Below are positions 60,476-64,000 of a stretch of 64,000 bases of DNA, piece by piece (positions within the stretch are counted from its first letter, which is position 1; each line of letters opens with the position of its first letter). A program made the position numbers and the translations under genes. Under the pieces are notes generated by a model. The model was not told the DNA's origin, made no database searches, and saw only the letters and a list, made by a program, of their open reading frames with translations. Source of the stretch: the human T2T-CHM13v2.0 reference genome, Homo sapiens; NCBI RefSeq assembly GCF_009914755.1, contig NC_060927.1; one strand, given 5' to 3'.

Positions 60476-60906
60476 TACCTTAGTCCATCTGTGTTGCTAT
60501 AAAGGAATACCTGAGACTGGGTAATTTGTAAAGAAAAATGATTTATTTGGCTCTCGATTCTGCAGGCTGTACTGGAAGCATGATATAAACATCTGCTTTT
60601 GATGAGGGCTTCAAGAAGCTTCCATTCATGGCAGAAAGTGAAGGGAAGCCAGAATGTGCAGATCACATGGTGAGAAAGGAAACAAGAGGGCTTGCAGGTG
60701 CCAGACTCTTTTTAACAAGCAGCTCTCATGGGAGTTAATAGAGTGAGAAACAACTCACTCACTACTATGAGAAGGGTGCCAAGCTAGTCATGAGGGATTT
60801 GCATTCATGACCCAAACATCTCCCACCAGGTCCCACCTCCAACATTGAAGATCAAATTTCAACATGAAGCTTGGAGAGTAAAACAAACCGTATCCAAACC
60901 TTAGCA
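60476..60906 (-). mobile_element. MSTB/MSTB1 solo LTR
   Basis: TTAGTCCATCTGTGTTGCTATAAAGGAATACCTGAGACTGGGTAATT...ATCCAAACCTTAGCA. Confidence 0.87.
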
Positions 60907-61093
60907 ATGCATGTCTTGTTTTTTTTTTTTTTTTTTTTTTGGATGAGAATCACTTAAAACAGAAAAGAACCAATGTCTGCCCTAACCCCAAAATTTCTTT
61001 GTTATCTTGTGTATTATAAAAATGCAAGCTAGCTTTATACTCTGTTCCCACATTTGATTTTGTTCAAATGTAATTATTCTGTTTTAAAATATT

Positions 61094-61438
<345 letters not shown>

Positions 61439-61529
61439 CTACAGTTTCCAGTGCCCAGGGCTACCTACCCCAGGGTGTAAAGAAAGAAGAGTATACACTC
61501 AATTTTACAGATCCCCATAAATAACTTAC

Positions 61530-61853
<324 letters not shown>

Positions 61854-61951
61854 TAAGATAACTGACTTTAAAAAATAATTTAAGGTCTATAGTACAATAT
61901 AGGCAAATATGAAATTTCACTGATGCTTTATGGATTTTTCTATAATGAAAC

Positions 61952-62262
<311 letters not shown>

Positions 62263-64000
62263 TAATGAAACATTTTTGAAGATGATTATACCAGGTAAAA
62301 GAAACCTCATCTAAGAAGAATAAGTGGGTCAGAGAGAAGGAAGTCACTTCTTTAAATTAAACAATAAATGACATTTTTTAAACATGATAAATACCAGTTA
62401 AATTATTAGATTGCCTAAACTAAAAGAAGACAAGCAGGAAGCAGTCAAACATGAAAGTAATGTGCTGCAATCAAATTTGGATACTAATCTCTTGCAATAA
62501 ATGTTCATGCAGGGCTCCCTCTGTTGAATCCTTTGCAGTCTACATACATTTCTTAATGAAGGACATGCAACCTCCCAATATTAAAGACATGCAAAGATTC
62601 ATTAGGAAAGACTTTAAATTATCCAAGCAGATTTTCTCCCCAGTTGATGATTAATGTCATTAATCAACTGAAGGTTCCTTTGTAGTTCTACTAAACAGGT
62701 ATATCTAGAAGCAAATGTGCATTGTTTTTAACAAGAGAAACACACATATTCCTGGATAATGAAGTGGAGGTATTTATTATGCATATTTATCATTTATGTT
62801 ATCAGAAAAACAATTTTTTAAATCATTCAGAATTAAATTTTAGCAAACTCTTCTTTACTGCTTTGTGGTAGTAGCAAATCTTGTAATTAAGGTTCATGTA
62901 TATAAGAAGTATTTAAAAAAGAGATTGGCAGTCTAAGCATTCGTCAGTGTTTACCATTGCATTCCCTCAGTTTTCTTTTCCTCCATTTTTTTCTTCCATT
63001 TCTCTACCCCGCTTTCCTCCCCTGACACTTTTTATTCATTGCACATTCTTTTTCCTTGTCTCCTCCTGCTACTCCAGCTGATTTCATTCTCCTCCTTCCT
63101 AGTCCTTAACCTCCTGTACCTCAGGGAAGAAGATGTCATTTTAAGTTTTCCTATCAGTTCACAAATTTCCCCTTACACAGTTTCAGTTTCCTTAACCTTC
63201 ATATGGAATATTCAACTCTTTCACCTCATCAGTTGCTTGTTTTCCCTTTTCCCTAAAATCTGAGGGACATGGTCCGACACACACCCTGGTAAATGCTAGA
63301 GTCACATACTCAATTCTAGATACAGCTTGGCTGAGTGGGAACTCACAGAAGCTGACCTCAGTAGTAGAGAGTTACTGTCCAGGGGAGTGAGGGACTGGTT
63401 AATAAGGGATTGTCATATGACATCACCCTGCTATTTTAGTTTCTACTGTCTGCTTGCTTCCTCATTTTAATTAGGCAAAAGTAATGAGCCTTTTGTTCTG
63501 CAGAATTGCTCTAAAAACTTCTTCAACAGAAGTCCTTCCGGCAAAGTAACATATGTTAATTATACATATTCCAAATTCAACGAGCTATCACTAGAAATGG
63601 GGAGAAACTGAGATTTTATCTCCTATTAAGTATTCAGTCCCTATTTCCTATCACCCATAGTAATACATAGGAAATCCTGGAGGCCTTTCATAGTAAAAAT
63701 CCTATACTGAAATAATCATGTTGAGAATAGGAAAAATGAAATCTAAATCTCTTTATTCCCATGTAATCTTTAATACTGTTTGAGGATTGCATTGTGAGTT
63801 AGGTACAGGTGACATTAACATCCTCTAGATTTCTGTTTTCATGAACCCCAAAGCTAAATGAAGCCTCATCCTAAATTCCAAACTTACACACTAGATTCAG
63901 TTAAAACAGCCTAGAAAACTTATTAAGTGCTATCTAAAGGCTCAAGACAGAGAATTTGAATTTCACTGTCCTTTTCTTTTCTCTCATTTTGTTACACAGT

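Overview
AT-rich human genomic DNA (an AluYg6 copy, a human-specific subfamily, points to human), intergenic or deep intronic and dominated by interspersed repeats. It contains a full-length dead L1PA5, a twin-primed L1PA2, older L1PA/L1PREC2/L1MA/L1M pieces, a complete THE1B MaLR provirus, solo LTRs (THE1B, THE1D, MST, MLT1, LTR12, ERVL), about ten Alus, MITEs (MER1B, MER20, MER47A, MER6A, MADE1), MIR/L2 and microsatellites. I recognise no cellular protein-coding gene; the ORF track is explained by L1/Alu/LTR sequence or chance. A few well-formed minus-strand candidate exons could belong to a spliced non-coding RNA, but this is unverified. I cannot support a new biological system here. The most interesting observations are structural: (1) a young, 98%-identical 126-bp inverted duplication with template-switch junctions inside an old THE1B; (2) an internally deleted L1PREC2-like element with an apparent ~0.7-kb 3' transduction; (3) an Alu and an L1MA fragment sharing one TSD; (4) a 50-bp CpG/G-rich insert between two poly(A) tracts; (5) a young inverted Alu pair. 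Subfamily names come from recalled consensus sequences, not from a database search.
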